This document shows, piece after piece, positions 30,459-41,056 of a stretch of 64,000 bases of DNA. Position numbers and translations under genes: made by a program. Numbering within the stretch: the first letter of the stretch is position 1; each line of letters starts with the position of its first letter. The notes below the pieces were generated by a model that was not told the DNA's origin, did not search any database, and saw only the letters and a list, made by a program, of their open reading frames with translations. Source of the stretch: Candidatus Shapirobacteria bacterium (lineage in GTDB: Bacteria > Patescibacteriota > Microgenomatia > UBA12405); assembly GCA_041659325.1 (NCBI GenBank), contig JBAZYN010000001.1, forward strand, positions 366,819 to 430,818. Reading direction: 5' to 3'.

Positions 30459-31174
30459 ATATCATAAGTAATATTTATCTTCTTTTTCGTTTCATTTCCG
30501 GCCAAATCCCTCGCCACTATCTCAATCTCATTTTTTCCGGCAGCAAGTTGAAACTTTAGCTTAAATTTTCCCTCATCATCAACCATAGCTACTCTATTAT
30601 TGACCAACACACTTGCATCTTTTTCTGCCTTTCCTACAATATCAAAATCAGAATAGTCGACCGTCAGTACATCCTCGCTAGGATTCATCATAACGATCTC
30701 TGCCGGTTGATTATCATAAACCACCGTCACCATTTTTGACATTTCACTGCTACCACCCTTCTCAGACATTGCCACAGCGCTAAAGCTATTCTCTCCATTT
30801 TCGAGGGCCACATCATCAAAAACAAAATCACCCTTATCTGTCATATCAACCTTACCGATGGAAACATCATTTTTTAATAGCTCCACAACGGTTCCAATCT
30901 CACCCAATCCCGAAATGGCAATGGTTGAACTGTTGGTCGCCTCATAAGGCATGATAATCCTCGGAGCCAACGGGGGAATAACTTTTTCTGTATCAACACC
31001 GGCATCCTTGTTTTTAAGGTCACCCAAAAATACGGAAAATTTGACCAAAAGAGGTAAACCAAAAGTGATCGTTAAAACAAACAACACTACTGTTATAAAT
31101 CCCAATAGTACAGTTTTTTTAGTAATCTGCTCTTCTTCTTTTCTCTCTAGTCTTGATCTTACAAACTCAGCCAT
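30455..31174 (-). CDS. Membrane-anchored protein with Ig-like repeats
   Basis: One TM, then two beta-rich repeats (LENGENSF, GKNEIEIVARDLAGN). Confidence 0.65.
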   Translation of the reverse strand: MAEFVRSRLERKEEEQITKKTVLLGFITVVLFVLTITFGLPLLVKFSVFLGDLKNKDAGVDTEKVIPPLAPRIIMPYEATNSSTIAISGLGEIGTVVELLKNDVSIGKVDMTDKGDFVFDDVALENGENSFSAVAMSEKGGSSEMSKMVTVVYDNQPAEIVMMNPSEDVLTVDYSDFDIVGKAEKDASVLVNNRVAMVDDEGKFKLKFQLAAGKNEIEIVARDLAGNETKKKINITYDI

Positions 31175-31209
31175 AACAAGAATAGTTTAACATTTTATAT
31201 TTTTAATTG

Positions 31210-31282
31210 AGCCGAAGGGGAGAGTCGAACTCCCGACCCCGGCTTTACGAAAGCCTTGCTCTACCAACTGAGCTACTCCGGC
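31210..31282 (-). tRNA. tRNA-Thr(CGT)
   Basis: gccggagtagctcagttggtagagc..ttCGTaa..gttcgactc. Confidence 0.92.
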
Positions 31283-31288
31283 ACTCAG

Positions 31289-31359
31289 AGCGGCTAGAGG
31301 GAATCGGACCCTCGACTAATCCTTGGGAAGGACTCGTTTTACCACTAAACCATAGCCGC
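31289..31359 (-). tRNA. tRNA-Gly(CCC)
   Basis: gcggcta/tagccgc acceptor; agtcc-ttCCCaa-ggatt. Confidence 0.92.
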
Positions 31360-31374
31360 AACGTCAATATTTTA

Positions 31375-31926
31375 TCACGGCAAAGCTAATTTAGTTCCCA
31401 CCTCGATAAAATTAGGATCAGAAATCAAGTTTCTATTCTGATTCCAGATATCCGACCATTTCATACCATCGCTATACAAATCAACCGAAATTCTCCACAA
31501 ACTATCTCCCTTCTTAACGATATACTCTCCCGATGGCCCGGGGGCCGCATCAACCGACAACAAACCCAACTCCTGTCCCACTGATAATAAATTAGCATCC
31601 GCAAGATTATTTCTCTTTGCTATTTCCACCCACTTATGGCCATTCCCATATATTTTTACAGCAATATCCCATAAATTGTCACCATTTTCAACCTTATAAT
31701 ATCTCCCGCCTTCCTCGTTTTTCACTTTAGTTTCAGTGGGGACAAGAGTTACATTATCTGCGACTGATATTTGATTGCTCACTCCAGGTACAGAGACATT
31801 CCCTTTTCTTCTCTGGATGAAATTAAATAATAAACCAATTACCACCCCGACAATTACCAGACCCAAAACCATACTCATCAAATCTTCTTTTGAACTATCA
31901 GTCAATAATTTATCTTTTCTCTTCAT
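31375..31926 (-). CDS. Membrane protein with two LysM domains
   Basis: YKVENGDNLWDIA and YIVKKGDSLWRIS. Confidence 0.88.
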   Translation of the reverse strand: MKRKDKLLTDSSKEDLMSMVLGLVIVGVVIGLLFNFIQRRKGNVSVPGVSNQISVADNVTLVPTETKVKNEEGGRYYKVENGDNLWDIAVKIYGNGHKWVEIAKRNNLADANLLSVGQELGLLSVDAAPGPSGEYIVKKGDSLWRISVDLYSDGMKWSDIWNQNRNLISDPNFIEVGTKLALP

Positions 31927-32041
31927 ATGTATACCCCAAAAATTATTAACACACTTTACACAATTTCAGTCCTATAGTCAATAAAATATTAACAAAATAG
32001 GTGACTCATTTTGCCTGTATAATCATAGTTAACCAAACAAT

Positions 32042-32980
32042 ATGACAGTTTCCATCATTATCCCAACATACAATCGGTCTATAACACTAAGAAAATGTCT
32101 TGACTCAATTAAGGCCCAAAGTTACGATCAAGACAAGATAGAAATTATCGTTGTCGACGACGGATCTACTGACAACACCAGTAAAGTCGTCAAAAATAAC
32201 ATCGGTTCCTTAAATATCGCATACTACTACCAATCAAACAGAGGGCCGTCTGCGGCCAGAAACCTCGCAATCCGAAAAAGTAAAAATAAAATAATTCTGA
32301 TAATCAACGATGACACGATATTATCAAAAGAAATGGTAGAGGAGCATGTCAGATTTCACAACAAATTTAAAAGCGAAAATTGTGCCATTTTAGGATATGT
32401 TGAATGGGATAATTCCATCAACCTTACCCCGTATATGAAGTGGCTCCAGGAAAAAGGACCACTTTTTGCTTACTATGAAATAAAGGGAATAAAGGCCAAC
32501 TGGGGATTTGCCTTCACCTGCAACATTTCTTACAAAAGAAAATTCCTGCTGAAGAATGGCTTATTTGATGAAGATTTTCCGTATGCTGCCTGGGAAGATA
32601 TTGAATTAGCCTATCGTCTCAGTCAAAAAGGAATGATTCTCTATTACAACAAAAAAGCCATCGGTTATCACCACCACTTCACCACTTTACAAAGCAGCCT
32701 TAGAAAAATGATTACCCAGGGGAAAAGCGCTATTATTATGTCTCAAAAAATTAAACAACAAGCCGATCTCCCACCAATCAGTAGAAAAATTATGGGAAAA
32801 AATCTGCAAAGACTTGATTCAATTTTCCTCAATAAACCCATTGCCTGGATTTTAGAAAAAATTGCCTTTTTTCTGGAAAACAAATTTATAATTAGCCCTT
32901 TATTTACAATCCTGCTACTCCACTATCGGCTAATCGGCAGAAAAGAAATGCTAAAAATCTATGCTCAAAAAGATAATTAA
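32042..32980 (+). CDS. GT2 glycosyltransferase
   Basis: SIIIPTYNR, VVDDGSTD, GPSAARN, FDEDF..WEDIE. Confidence 0.9.
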   Translation: MTVSIIIPTYNRSITLRKCLDSIKAQSYDQDKIEIIVVDDGSTDNTSKVVKNNIGSLNIAYYYQSNRGPSAARNLAIRKSKNKIILIINDDTILSKEMVEEHVRFHNKFKSENCAILGYVEWDNSINLTPYMKWLQEKGPLFAYYEIKGIKANWGFAFTCNISYKRKFLLKNGLFDEDFPYAAWEDIELAYRLSQKGMILYYNKKAIGYHHHFTTLQSSLRKMITQGKSAIIMSQKIKQQADLPPISRKIMGKNLQRLDSIFLNKPIAWILEKIAFFLENKFIISPLFTILLLHYRLIGRKEMLKIYAQKDN

Positions 32981-34073
32981 TATCGTAAGAGGATCCTTTA
33001 GGCCTAAAAAGATTAACCAGATAATTTTTTTTATAACCGGAAATTGCAATCTAAAATGTCAACATTGTTTTTATTGGAAGAATTTAAATGATCAAGAAGA
33101 TATATCAATTGACAAAATTAAAAAGTTAAGCCTATCCCTGCCAAAGTTTAATTTCCTTCTTCTGTCAGGAGGAGAACCGTTTCTAAGAAAAGAAATCGAA
33201 GAAATTATCGACATTTTTTCCAAAAACAATTTCATCAAGGCAGTGGCGATACCAAGCAATGGTTTTGCTGTTGACTTAACCATCAAAAAAATTAAACTCC
33301 TGACAACAAAATTTCCAAACATCAATTTCTATATAAATTTTTCTTTGGACGGCCTTAAAAAAACACACGAAGAAATCAGGTCTGTTAAAAACAGCTACAG
33401 AAACGTCATTACCTCTATAAAAAGGGCGGGGGTGGTCTCCCAAAAAACACCAAATCTTTTTATTGGTATAAACTCCGTTATCAGCGCCAAAAACATTGAT
33501 CAAATTGATCCGCTCATAAAAAAACTCAAAATAATAGGAAGAAAATGGAATTATAAACACTATTTCGAAATTATTAGGGGCAATCCTAGAATGCCGCTAA
33601 TAAAAAACCTCAATAGTGCCAAAGCAGAAAAGTTATTTTTCGGTACTATTATCGACTACCAAAAATATCTTTGGTCAAAGAACAACAATAGTTGGCTCAA
33701 TGCCTCGATTAATCGTCTTATCACCGAAATAAATTTTTATTTTCAATACAAACTTCAGTTAGACAACGTTTTTCGCCGCAAACCATGGCCCATGCCATGT
33801 ATGGCCGGTAAAACCATCATCACCGTTAACCATAGAGGGGAAATTGGTTCTTGTGAATTAAGAAAACCACTTGTTAACCTAAAAAATATTGAATATAACC
33901 TTGGTAAGTTCCTGAAAAGTAAAAAAATGAATCAAGAAATAATCTCGATTAAAAACGATAGATGCTTTTGCAGTCATATCTGTTTTATTAGTGAAAGCCT
34001 CTATAACAATCCAAAAACATTAGTATTCACTCAGCTTTACACTTGGTTAAAATATAGAATGTTTAACCCTTGA
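32961..34073 (+). CDS. Radical SAM protein with SPASM/twitch-like C-terminus
   Basis: CNLKCQHC, SGGEPFL, SLDG, C-terminal CMAG..C..CFCSHIC. Confidence 0.85.
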   Translation: MLKKIINIVRGSFRPKKINQIIFFITGNCNLKCQHCFYWKNLNDQEDISIDKIKKLSLSLPKFNFLLLSGGEPFLRKEIEEIIDIFSKNNFIKAVAIPSNGFAVDLTIKKIKLLTTKFPNINFYINFSLDGLKKTHEEIRSVKNSYRNVITSIKRAGVVSQKTPNLFIGINSVISAKNIDQIDPLIKKLKIIGRKWNYKHYFEIIRGNPRMPLIKNLNSAKAEKLFFGTIIDYQKYLWSKNNNSWLNASINRLITEINFYFQYKLQLDNVFRRKPWPMPCMAGKTIITVNHRGEIGSCELRKPLVNLKNIEYNLGKFLKSKKMNQEIISIKNDRCFCSHICFISESLYNNPKTLVFTQLYTWLKYRMFNP

Positions 34074-34104
34074 AAAAACAAAAACAACAAGGGACAATAC
34101 ACAC

Positions 34105-34707
34105 ATGAATCACATCCAAAGAGAAAGGACCTTAGCCATTGTTAAGCCTGACGGCTTACAAAGATCGCTTGTCGGGGAAATAATGTCACGGATCGAAAGA
34201 ACTGGGCTGAAACTGGTAGCTGTTAAATTTGCCTTCGCTACCGAAGACCAGTGTTGGGAACATTACAACAAAAACGAAGAATGGTTCGCCTCCAAAGGGC
34301 AAATGACCGTTGACAACAGAACCAAAAACAATCTGCCTATTGAAAAATCTGCATCTGAATACGGAAAAGACATTATAAGAGCTAGTGTAAAGTTTATGAC
34401 CTCTGGTCCTCTCTTGATGATGGTTTGGGAAGGAAATCAAGCAGTAGGCATTGTCAAAAAGTTAGTTGGCGGAACCGAACCCCTAACCTCAGATGTCGGC
34501 ACCATAAGAGGGGATCTTACCCTTGACTCATATGAATTATCAAATCTAGACGGCAGATCCGTAAGAAATTTAATCCACTGTACTGACAAAGTTGAAGAGT
34601 CAAAAAGAGAAATCGATATTTGGTTCACCCCAACCGAAATCCTCAGCTACAGACTAATTGCCGATGAAATTCTCTACGACATCAACTTCGATGGCAAAAA
34701 CGAGTAA
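34105..34707 (+). CDS. ndk: Nucleoside diphosphate kinase
   Basis: ERTLAIVKPDG, GTIRGD, RNLIH. Confidence 0.93.
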   Translation: MNHIQRERTLAIVKPDGLQRSLVGEIMSRIERTGLKLVAVKFAFATEDQCWEHYNKNEEWFASKGQMTVDNRTKNNLPIEKSASEYGKDIIRASVKFMTSGPLLMMVWEGNQAVGIVKKLVGGTEPLTSDVGTIRGDLTLDSYELSNLDGRSVRNLIHCTDKVEESKREIDIWFTPTEILSYRLIADEILYDINFDGKNE

Positions 34708-34785
34708 CATCCTCAATTCAGTTAACCCAAATCACAACCTCGACTCCATCATATACTCTCATGGTGGATTTTAAAGAAAAAACAA

Positions 34786-34810
34786 AAAATCCGTCACATA
34801 GACGGATTTT
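34786..34810. terminator. Probable bidirectional intrinsic terminator
   Basis: aaaatccgtc-acata-gacggatttt hairpin between convergent ndk and tRNA-Asp. Confidence 0.75.
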
Positions 34811-34815
34811 ATTTG

Positions 34816-34889
34816 CGGATCCAATGGGATTCGAACCCACGATCTTCCGCGTGACAGGCGGATGTGCTAGACCGCTGCACCATGGATCC
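34816..34889 (-). tRNA. tRNA-Asp(GTC)
   Basis: ggatcca/tggatcc acceptor; ccgc-ctGTCac-gcgg. Confidence 0.93.
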
Positions 34890-34967
34890 ACGCATTTCTG
34901 CCCTGATAATATATCAAAAAAAACACTCACAAACAACGGACAATTTACAAATGTTCTATAATCTTCC

Positions 34968-36017
34968 ATGAACAAAAAATTCTACCCGCTTACAAACTCC
35001 GAAATCGCAAAACACTTGACCGACATTGCCATCGCCTACGAGATAAAAAATAAAAATCGCTTTCGAATAACTTCCTACCAGAATGCAGCTGACACCATTT
35101 TAACTTATCCCAAATCTATTTTTGAAATCTGGAAAAAAGACAAAACGGATCTCGATAATATTCCCGGAATCGGATCAAACATAATGGAAAAACTTGACTT
35201 TCTATTCACCAACGGGAAACCACACCCAGCACTTAAGAAAGTATTTAAGGGCATCCACCCCTCAGTATTTCTGTTTGAACGCATAGACGGCATCGGCCCC
35301 AAAATCGCCTATAAACTAACCCAACATCTTAAATTTCCCAAAGACCCTGCTAAATCTATAGACAGACTTATCTTTTACGCACAAAAGGGCAAAATAAAAG
35401 GCATCCCTTCTTTTGGGGAAAAGTCAGAAAAATTAATACTCGAAAACACTCTGAACTATGCCGGCCGAAAAAACAGAATGGCCTTATCAACCGCACAAGA
35501 TATAGCCCAAAAGATAATCATTTATCTAAAATCAAAATTTCCGTCAACAGAGTTTGTCGCCCTTGGAAGTCTTCGCCGATTATCAGATACAGTCGGAGAT
35601 ATAGACATCGCCGGTAAAGGCAAAAACACAAAGGAAATTATTAATCATTTTATTAACTATCCGGAAAGCATCCAAACAATAGTTCAAGGGCCTAAAAAAG
35701 CATCTATCAGAGTAGAAAACGATGTTCGTATCGACATTATGATCGAACCACAAGAAATTTTTGGATCACTTCTCCAACATTTTACTGGCTCCAGGCAGCA
35801 CAATATTAATCTTCGAAAATATGCGCTTTCCCTTGGCTATAGCCTATCCGAATACGGGATAAAAGATACAAAAACAAAAAAAATACACGCTTTCGAGAAT
35901 GAAGTTGATTTCTACGAATTTCTTAAACTCTGTTTCATAAAACCGCAAGACAGACTGGGCAAAAACGAGATTGAAATTGCTCAAAAGTGCTATAATAAGA
36001 CTAGATTATCAAATTAA
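34968..36017 (+). CDS. polX: DNA polymerase X family, no PHP domain
   Basis: HhH motifs IPGIG/IDGIGPK, GSLRR..GDIDI, HFTGSRQHN, SLSEYG. Confidence 0.88.
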   Translation: MNKKFYPLTNSEIAKHLTDIAIAYEIKNKNRFRITSYQNAADTILTYPKSIFEIWKKDKTDLDNIPGIGSNIMEKLDFLFTNGKPHPALKKVFKGIHPSVFLFERIDGIGPKIAYKLTQHLKFPKDPAKSIDRLIFYAQKGKIKGIPSFGEKSEKLILENTLNYAGRKNRMALSTAQDIAQKIIIYLKSKFPSTEFVALGSLRRLSDTVGDIDIAGKGKNTKEIINHFINYPESIQTIVQGPKKASIRVENDVRIDIMIEPQEIFGSLLQHFTGSRQHNINLRKYALSLGYSLSEYGIKDTKTKKIHAFENEVDFYEFLKLCFIKPQDRLGKNEIEIAQKCYNKTRLSN

Positions 36018-36029
36018 CTTTACAAAACC

Positions 36030-36614
36030 ATGCCACTTCTAATAATACTCGCCGTTGTTACCTTCATAGTTGTTTTCTTAATTTCATTCTTCAACCATCT
36101 ACGCGCAATCCAAATTCAAATTCAGGCATCAATTCAGGAAATCGGAAATCAACTAAAACGCCAATCTGACCTTATCCCCAACCTAGTGGAATCAGTCAAA
36201 GGCTATATGAAGCATGAAAAGGATATCTTTACCAGCCTAACGGACGCCAGACGTCTTATAAACCGGGCTTTGGAAACTAAAAACCCGGAACAAATCAACA
36301 AAGCCCAAGAATCAATTGGAAAAATCATTAAAGACATTTCCATCATTGTCGAAAGTAATCCGGAAATTAAAGCGTCGCAGGTAGTCGAAAATCTCATGAA
36401 CGAGCTTCGCGATACCGCCGACAAAGTAACCTATGCCAGAAGACTACTCATCGACCTCACTGCCGATTTCAATACTACCATCTCTACAATTCCGGGAGTC
36501 TGGATAGCTCCTATAATGGGTTTTAAAACAGAAAAAGGATTAAGCGTCCCCACCGCCGGAAAATTTCTTGAAGTTTCCGAAGAAGAAACACAAAAACCAT
36601 CGGTAAAAATCTAA
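36030..36614 (+). CDS. lemA: LemA family protein
   Basis: QLKRQSDLIPNLVESVKGYMKHE. Confidence 0.92.
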   Translation: MPLLIILAVVTFIVVFLISFFNHLRAIQIQIQASIQEIGNQLKRQSDLIPNLVESVKGYMKHEKDIFTSLTDARRLINRALETKNPEQINKAQESIGKIIKDISIIVESNPEIKASQVVENLMNELRDTADKVTYARRLLIDLTADFNTTISTIPGVWIAPIMGFKTEKGLSVPTAGKFLEVSEEETQKPSVKI

Positions 36615-36618
36615 TTTT

Positions 36619-37494
36619 ATGCTTAATGTCTACGAACAGGTCAGAAATAACAAATCCAGATCCTCCACCATCATCGCCCTCTTTATAATTTTCATCATTT
36701 CCGTTGCAACGATAATTACATACGCCTTTGATTTAGACCCATCATTTGTAATTTTTGCCGTCATTTTTTCATGTTTTTCTTCAGTAATCAGCTATTTTTA
36801 TGGCGATAAAATAGTCCTCAACCTAAACAATGCCCACCCGGCCAAACGGGAAAAATATTTTGATTTTTATACTATAACAGAAAACCTTGCCATGGGAATG
36901 GGTATTCCAAAGCCACAAATTTATGTCATCGAAGACGAATCCCCAAACGCCTTTGCCACCGGAAAAGACCCCAAAAGTGCCGTAATTTGTGCCACTACCG
37001 GCCTTCTTAACAAACTCAACCGAACTGAACTTGAAGGTGTAATAGCCCACGAACTATCGCACATTCAAAACTACGATATCAGGGTAATGATGATTGTTAG
37101 TGTCCTAATCGGTACGATTTCCATCCTGGTAAATTTGGTTTCCAGAAATCGTCTCGGCAGAAACAGCGACCGTAAAAGCAACGGGCTCTTAATTCTATTA
37201 GGATTCATTCTCTTATTATTTGCCCCTTTAATCGGTCAAATTATCCAACTTGCCATCTCGAGAAGTAGGGAATTCCTGGCTGATTCTTCGGCTGTTAAAT
37301 TAACCCGTCAACCACAGGGATTAATTAATGCTCTCAAAAAAATATCCTCCGACCCCTCGGTTCTCGCCTCAGCCTCAACCGCCACCGCTAGCCTTTATAT
37401 CATAAACCCCTTTAAAAACAATAAAATCGCCAATCTTTTTTCTACCCATCCCCCTATTGAAAAAAGGATTACCGCCCTTGAGCAAATGCTCTAA
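36619..37494 (+). CDS. htpX: Zn metalloprotease HtpX (M48)
   Basis: PNAFATG, AHELSH, SRSREFLAD, FSTHPP. Confidence 0.92.
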   Translation: MLNVYEQVRNNKSRSSTIIALFIIFIISVATIITYAFDLDPSFVIFAVIFSCFSSVISYFYGDKIVLNLNNAHPAKREKYFDFYTITENLAMGMGIPKPQIYVIEDESPNAFATGKDPKSAVICATTGLLNKLNRTELEGVIAHELSHIQNYDIRVMMIVSVLIGTISILVNLVSRNRLGRNSDRKSNGLLILLGFILLLFAPLIGQIIQLAISRSREFLADSSAVKLTRQPQGLINALKKISSDPSVLASASTATASLYIINPFKNNKIANLFSTHPPIEKRITALEQML

Positions 37495-37537
37495 GTCGCA
37501 AAATTCCCGCATATGGTGATTTTGATACACTTCCTCC

Positions 37538-37570
37538 AACTTTTAACTTTTGACTTTTAACTTTAGACTT
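37538..37570. repeat. Heptamer tandem repeat (RACTTTT-like) upstream of dnaE
   Basis: aactttt-aactttt-gactttt-aacttt-agactt. Confidence 0.7.
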
Positions 37571-37574
37571 ACAT

Positions 37575-40500
37575 ATGTCTTTCGTCCATCTTCACGTCCA
37601 CACCGAGTATTCCCTGCTAGATGGCTTATCAAAAATTAAAAAGTTAACCAGTCTGGTAAAAGACATGGGAATGAATGCCCTGGCTATAACTGACCACGGC
37701 AATATGTATGGAGCAATTGAATTTTACAAATCTTGTCAAAAAACCGGTATAAAGCCAATTATAGGATGCGAAATGTATCTCGCTCCCACTAGTAGATTGG
37801 ACAAAAATAATGCCAGTCGAAAATCATCGCACCTCATCCTTTTGGCCAAAAATCTTCAAGGATACAAAAACCTAATGAAAATGGTCACCATTAGTTTTAT
37901 GGAGGGCTTTTATTACAAACCAAGAATCGATTGGGAAATCTTGGAAAAATATCACGAAGGAATAATATGTAGCAGTTCCTGCCTTGAAGGAGAAATATCC
38001 CAGCTTATCATCGACAACCGATACGATCAGGCTATGGATAAGGCCAAAAATTTCCATCAACTTTTTGGGCAAGATTATTATCTTGAAATCCAAAAGCACG
38101 TGGGACTAAAAAATCAGGATGTGGCCAATGAAAAGATCGTAAAAATCAGCCGTGAGTTAGGAATTCCACTAGTCGCAACCAACGATGCCCATTATCTCAA
38201 AAAAGATGATGCCTTCGCTCAGGACGTGCTGGTCATGATTAACACTCAAACCACCATTGACAATCAAAAAAGGCTTTCTATGTTTGATGTTCCGGATTTT
38301 TATATTAAAAGCCCGGAAGAAATGGCCGACCAATTTTCCCAATACCCCGACGCCATTGAAAATACACAAGTAATAGCCGATAAATGTAATCTTGAAATCG
38401 AAATAGGGAAGTGGTATTTCCCTAAATTCCCCCTACCTGAAGGAAAAACATCAGAGGAATATCTTAAAGAAAAAACCTTTCAAATGGCGAAAAACCATTA
38501 CGGAGAATTAAGCCAGGAAATAATCGATCGCCTCGATTTTGAGCTCAATGTAATTTGTTCCAAAGGTTACGCCCCCTATTTTTTAATCGAGGAAGATTTT
38601 ATCCGGTGGGCAAATGAAAATGACACATCCTCAAATACCAGAGGATCCGCTGCCGGCTCGTTAGTATCATTTGTCCTGGGAATCACTTCTGTCGATCCCT
38701 TAATCTATCAATTGCCCTTTGAAAGATTCTTGAATATGGACAGACCAACTCCACCCGATATCGATCTAGACATCGCCGACGACAAAAGACAGGGAATGCT
38801 ATACCACATAGTCGAACAATATGGCGTAAACTCCGTTGCTCAAGTATGTACCTTCGGACGAATGATGGCCAAAGGTGCTGTTAGAGACACGGCCAGAGTA
38901 CTTGGTTATGAATATGCGACGGGAGATAAAATTAGTAAATTGATACCTTTAGGCTCTCAGGGATTCCCGATGTCAATCGACAAAGCTTTAAATACCGCCC
39001 CCGATTTAAAAGCCATTTACAACACCGATCCAGATGCTAAAAAAATTCTTGATACCGCTAAACAAATCGAAGGCTGCGCCCGACATATAAGCGTCCATGC
39101 TTGTGCCATCGTTATTTCCCCGGACGAAATTACAAATTATTGTCCAACCCAAGTTGAAACTGGTGGTGACAAAACAATTACCCAATATGAAATGCATGCA
39201 GTCGAAGATGTGGGGTTATTAAAATTTGACATTTTAGGAATCAGGAATCTTTCAATTTTAGGCTCAGCCGTTGTCAATGTAAGAAAAACAAAAAACATTA
39301 ATATAGATCTCAGGAAAATACCTCTTGATGACAAAAAAACTTTTGAAATGCTTTCGATGGGAGGCACTATGGGAACCTTTCAGCTTGGAGGCGAGGGTAT
39401 GACTAAATGGTTAAAAGAACTTAAACCGGAGAGAGTCGAAGATTTAATGGCGATGGTTGCTCTCTATCGTCCTGGCCCCATGGCCATTATTCCGGAATAT
39501 ATCGCCAGAAAAAATGATCCCTCGAAAATCTCATACTTCGATCCCAAAATGGAAAAATACCTTAAAAAATCCTACGGCTTATTGGTTTACCAAGACGATT
39601 GTTTATACACCGCCATTGAGTTAGCCGGCTACAACTGGGTAGAAGTTGACAAGTTTCGAAAAGCCATCGGCAAAAAAATACCCGAAGAAATGGCTGCGCA
39701 AAAAGAGAAATTTATTCAGGGATGTATCAAAAACGGTTATACCCAAGAAAAAGCCGAAGAGATTTTTAGTTACATCGAACCATTCACTAGTTATGGATTC
39801 AATAAGGCCCACGCCGCCTCCTACGGTATGCTAGCTTATCGAACCGCATACATGAAGGCCAATTACCCGGTTGAATTTATGTGTGCTCTGCTTACCGCCG
39901 AATCAGGTGATATCGAAAAAGTTAGCGCTGGGGTAGAAGAATGCCGTAACATGAGTATAATTGTCAACCCTCCAGACATAAACCGCTCAGAAAATGGTTT
40001 TACAAACGAACCAAACGAACTTTCGAAAGAAGGAATGGCGATAAGATTTGGCTTAAGCGGAATCAAAAATGTTGGCAAAGCTGCAATTGATGATATCTTG
40101 TCAGAAAGGAAACAGAATGGTGAGTTTTATACCTTCACCGATTTCTGCCTAAGGGTGGATAGCCAAAAAGTTAACAAAAAAGTTTTTGAAAGTCTTGTCA
40201 AAGTTGGCGCCATGGACCAATTTGGAGAAAGAAACTCAATTTTAGTCTCAATAGATAAAACCCGGTCTGATTGCGAAAAACAAAACAACAAAAACAATAC
40301 AGGGCAATTCGGGCTTTTTGATGGTCCAAAAGATGAAAAAAAGAAAAATTCCGCTCCCCCGGACAGTTTCGCCCAGACAGAACCGATGAGTCAAAAAGAC
40401 AAACTGGCTCTGGAAAAAGAACTATTGGGTATCTATATAACCGAAAACCCAATTTCCAAAATGCTTGACCAATTTCAGCAAAACGGTTTTCCCAAAATCG

Positions 40501-40991
40501 GCGATATTACCGCCAAGGGTCCTGATATCACTGTTAAATTTGTCGGTATCATTAGTAAATACAAAAAAATAACCACCAAGAAAAATGGTCTTCCCATGGC
40601 CTTCTTAGCGGTTGAAGACGAAACGGGAAAGATTGAGGTTGTTGTCTTCCCTAAAATATTCGAAAAGTGTAACCAAATCTTAATCGAAAATAAGGCCATA
40701 TATATCGAAGGAAAAACTAATCTTAGGGAAGGCAATATTTCCATACTTGCCGATGTAATCGAAATCAGTCCTCCGCAAAACTCTCCCAAATACGATTTTA
40801 TTATCCAAGTTCCTCCAAACACTACTCAAAACCAACTTATGAATCTTAACAACTTGCTAAAGAGGAACCAAAATGGGCATAGGGGATTAATAATACTTGC
40901 TAGCGGGAAAAACATTCCGCTACCATATGGTGTAAACTACAATTCTGACCTTCAAAAAGAAATCAACAATATCCTGAATATTGATAATTAA
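37575..40991 (+). CDS. dnaE: DNA polymerase III alpha subunit
   Basis: HLHVHTEYSLLDG, RGSAAGS, PDIDLD, KFDILG, YGFNKAH. Confidence 0.97.
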   Translation: MSFVHLHVHTEYSLLDGLSKIKKLTSLVKDMGMNALAITDHGNMYGAIEFYKSCQKTGIKPIIGCEMYLAPTSRLDKNNASRKSSHLILLAKNLQGYKNLMKMVTISFMEGFYYKPRIDWEILEKYHEGIICSSSCLEGEISQLIIDNRYDQAMDKAKNFHQLFGQDYYLEIQKHVGLKNQDVANEKIVKISRELGIPLVATNDAHYLKKDDAFAQDVLVMINTQTTIDNQKRLSMFDVPDFYIKSPEEMADQFSQYPDAIENTQVIADKCNLEIEIGKWYFPKFPLPEGKTSEEYLKEKTFQMAKNHYGELSQEIIDRLDFELNVICSKGYAPYFLIEEDFIRWANENDTSSNTRGSAAGSLVSFVLGITSVDPLIYQLPFERFLNMDRPTPPDIDLDIADDKRQGMLYHIVEQYGVNSVAQVCTFGRMMAKGAVRDTARVLGYEYATGDKISKLIPLGSQGFPMSIDKALNTAPDLKAIYNTDPDAKKILDTAKQIEGCARHISVHACAIVISPDEITNYCPTQVETGGDKTITQYEMHAVEDVGLLKFDILGIRNLSILGSAVVNVRKTKNINIDLRKIPLDDKKTFEMLSMGGTMGTFQLGGEGMTKWLKELKPERVEDLMAMVALYRPGPMAIIPEYIARKNDPSKISYFDPKMEKYLKKSYGLLVYQDDCLYTAIELAGYNWVEVDKFRKAIGKKIPEEMAAQKEKFIQGCIKNGYTQEKAEEIFSYIEPFTSYGFNKAHAASYGMLAYRTAYMKANYPVEFMCALLTAESGDIEKVSAGVEECRNMSIIVNPPDINRSENGFTNEPNELSKEGMAIRFGLSGIKNVGKAAIDDILSERKQNGEFYTFTDFCLRVDSQKVNKKVFESLVKVGAMDQFGERNSILVSIDKTRSDCEKQNNKNNTGQFGLFDGPKDEKKKNSAPPDSFAQTEPMSQKDKLALEKELLGIYITENPISKMLDQFQQNGFPKIGDITAKGPDITVKFVGIISKYKKITTKKNGLPMAFLAVEDETGKIEVVVFPKIFEKCNQILIENKAIYIEGKTNLREGNISILADVIEISPPQNSPKYDFIIQVPPNTTQNQLMNLNNLLKRNQNGHRGLIILASGKNIPLPYGVNYNSDLQKEINNILNIDN

Positions 40992-41056
40992 CCATTTTTA
41001 GGCTAGAATACCAAGGTTTTCTCTGCTATAATTAAAAACAATAAGAAATCAAAAAT

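Noticed and set aside
31207-31389. ORFs or ORF extensions over tRNAs (also 34718-34975, 34761-34961, 41410-41460, 44205-44351)
   Set aside because: They are translations of tRNA genes.
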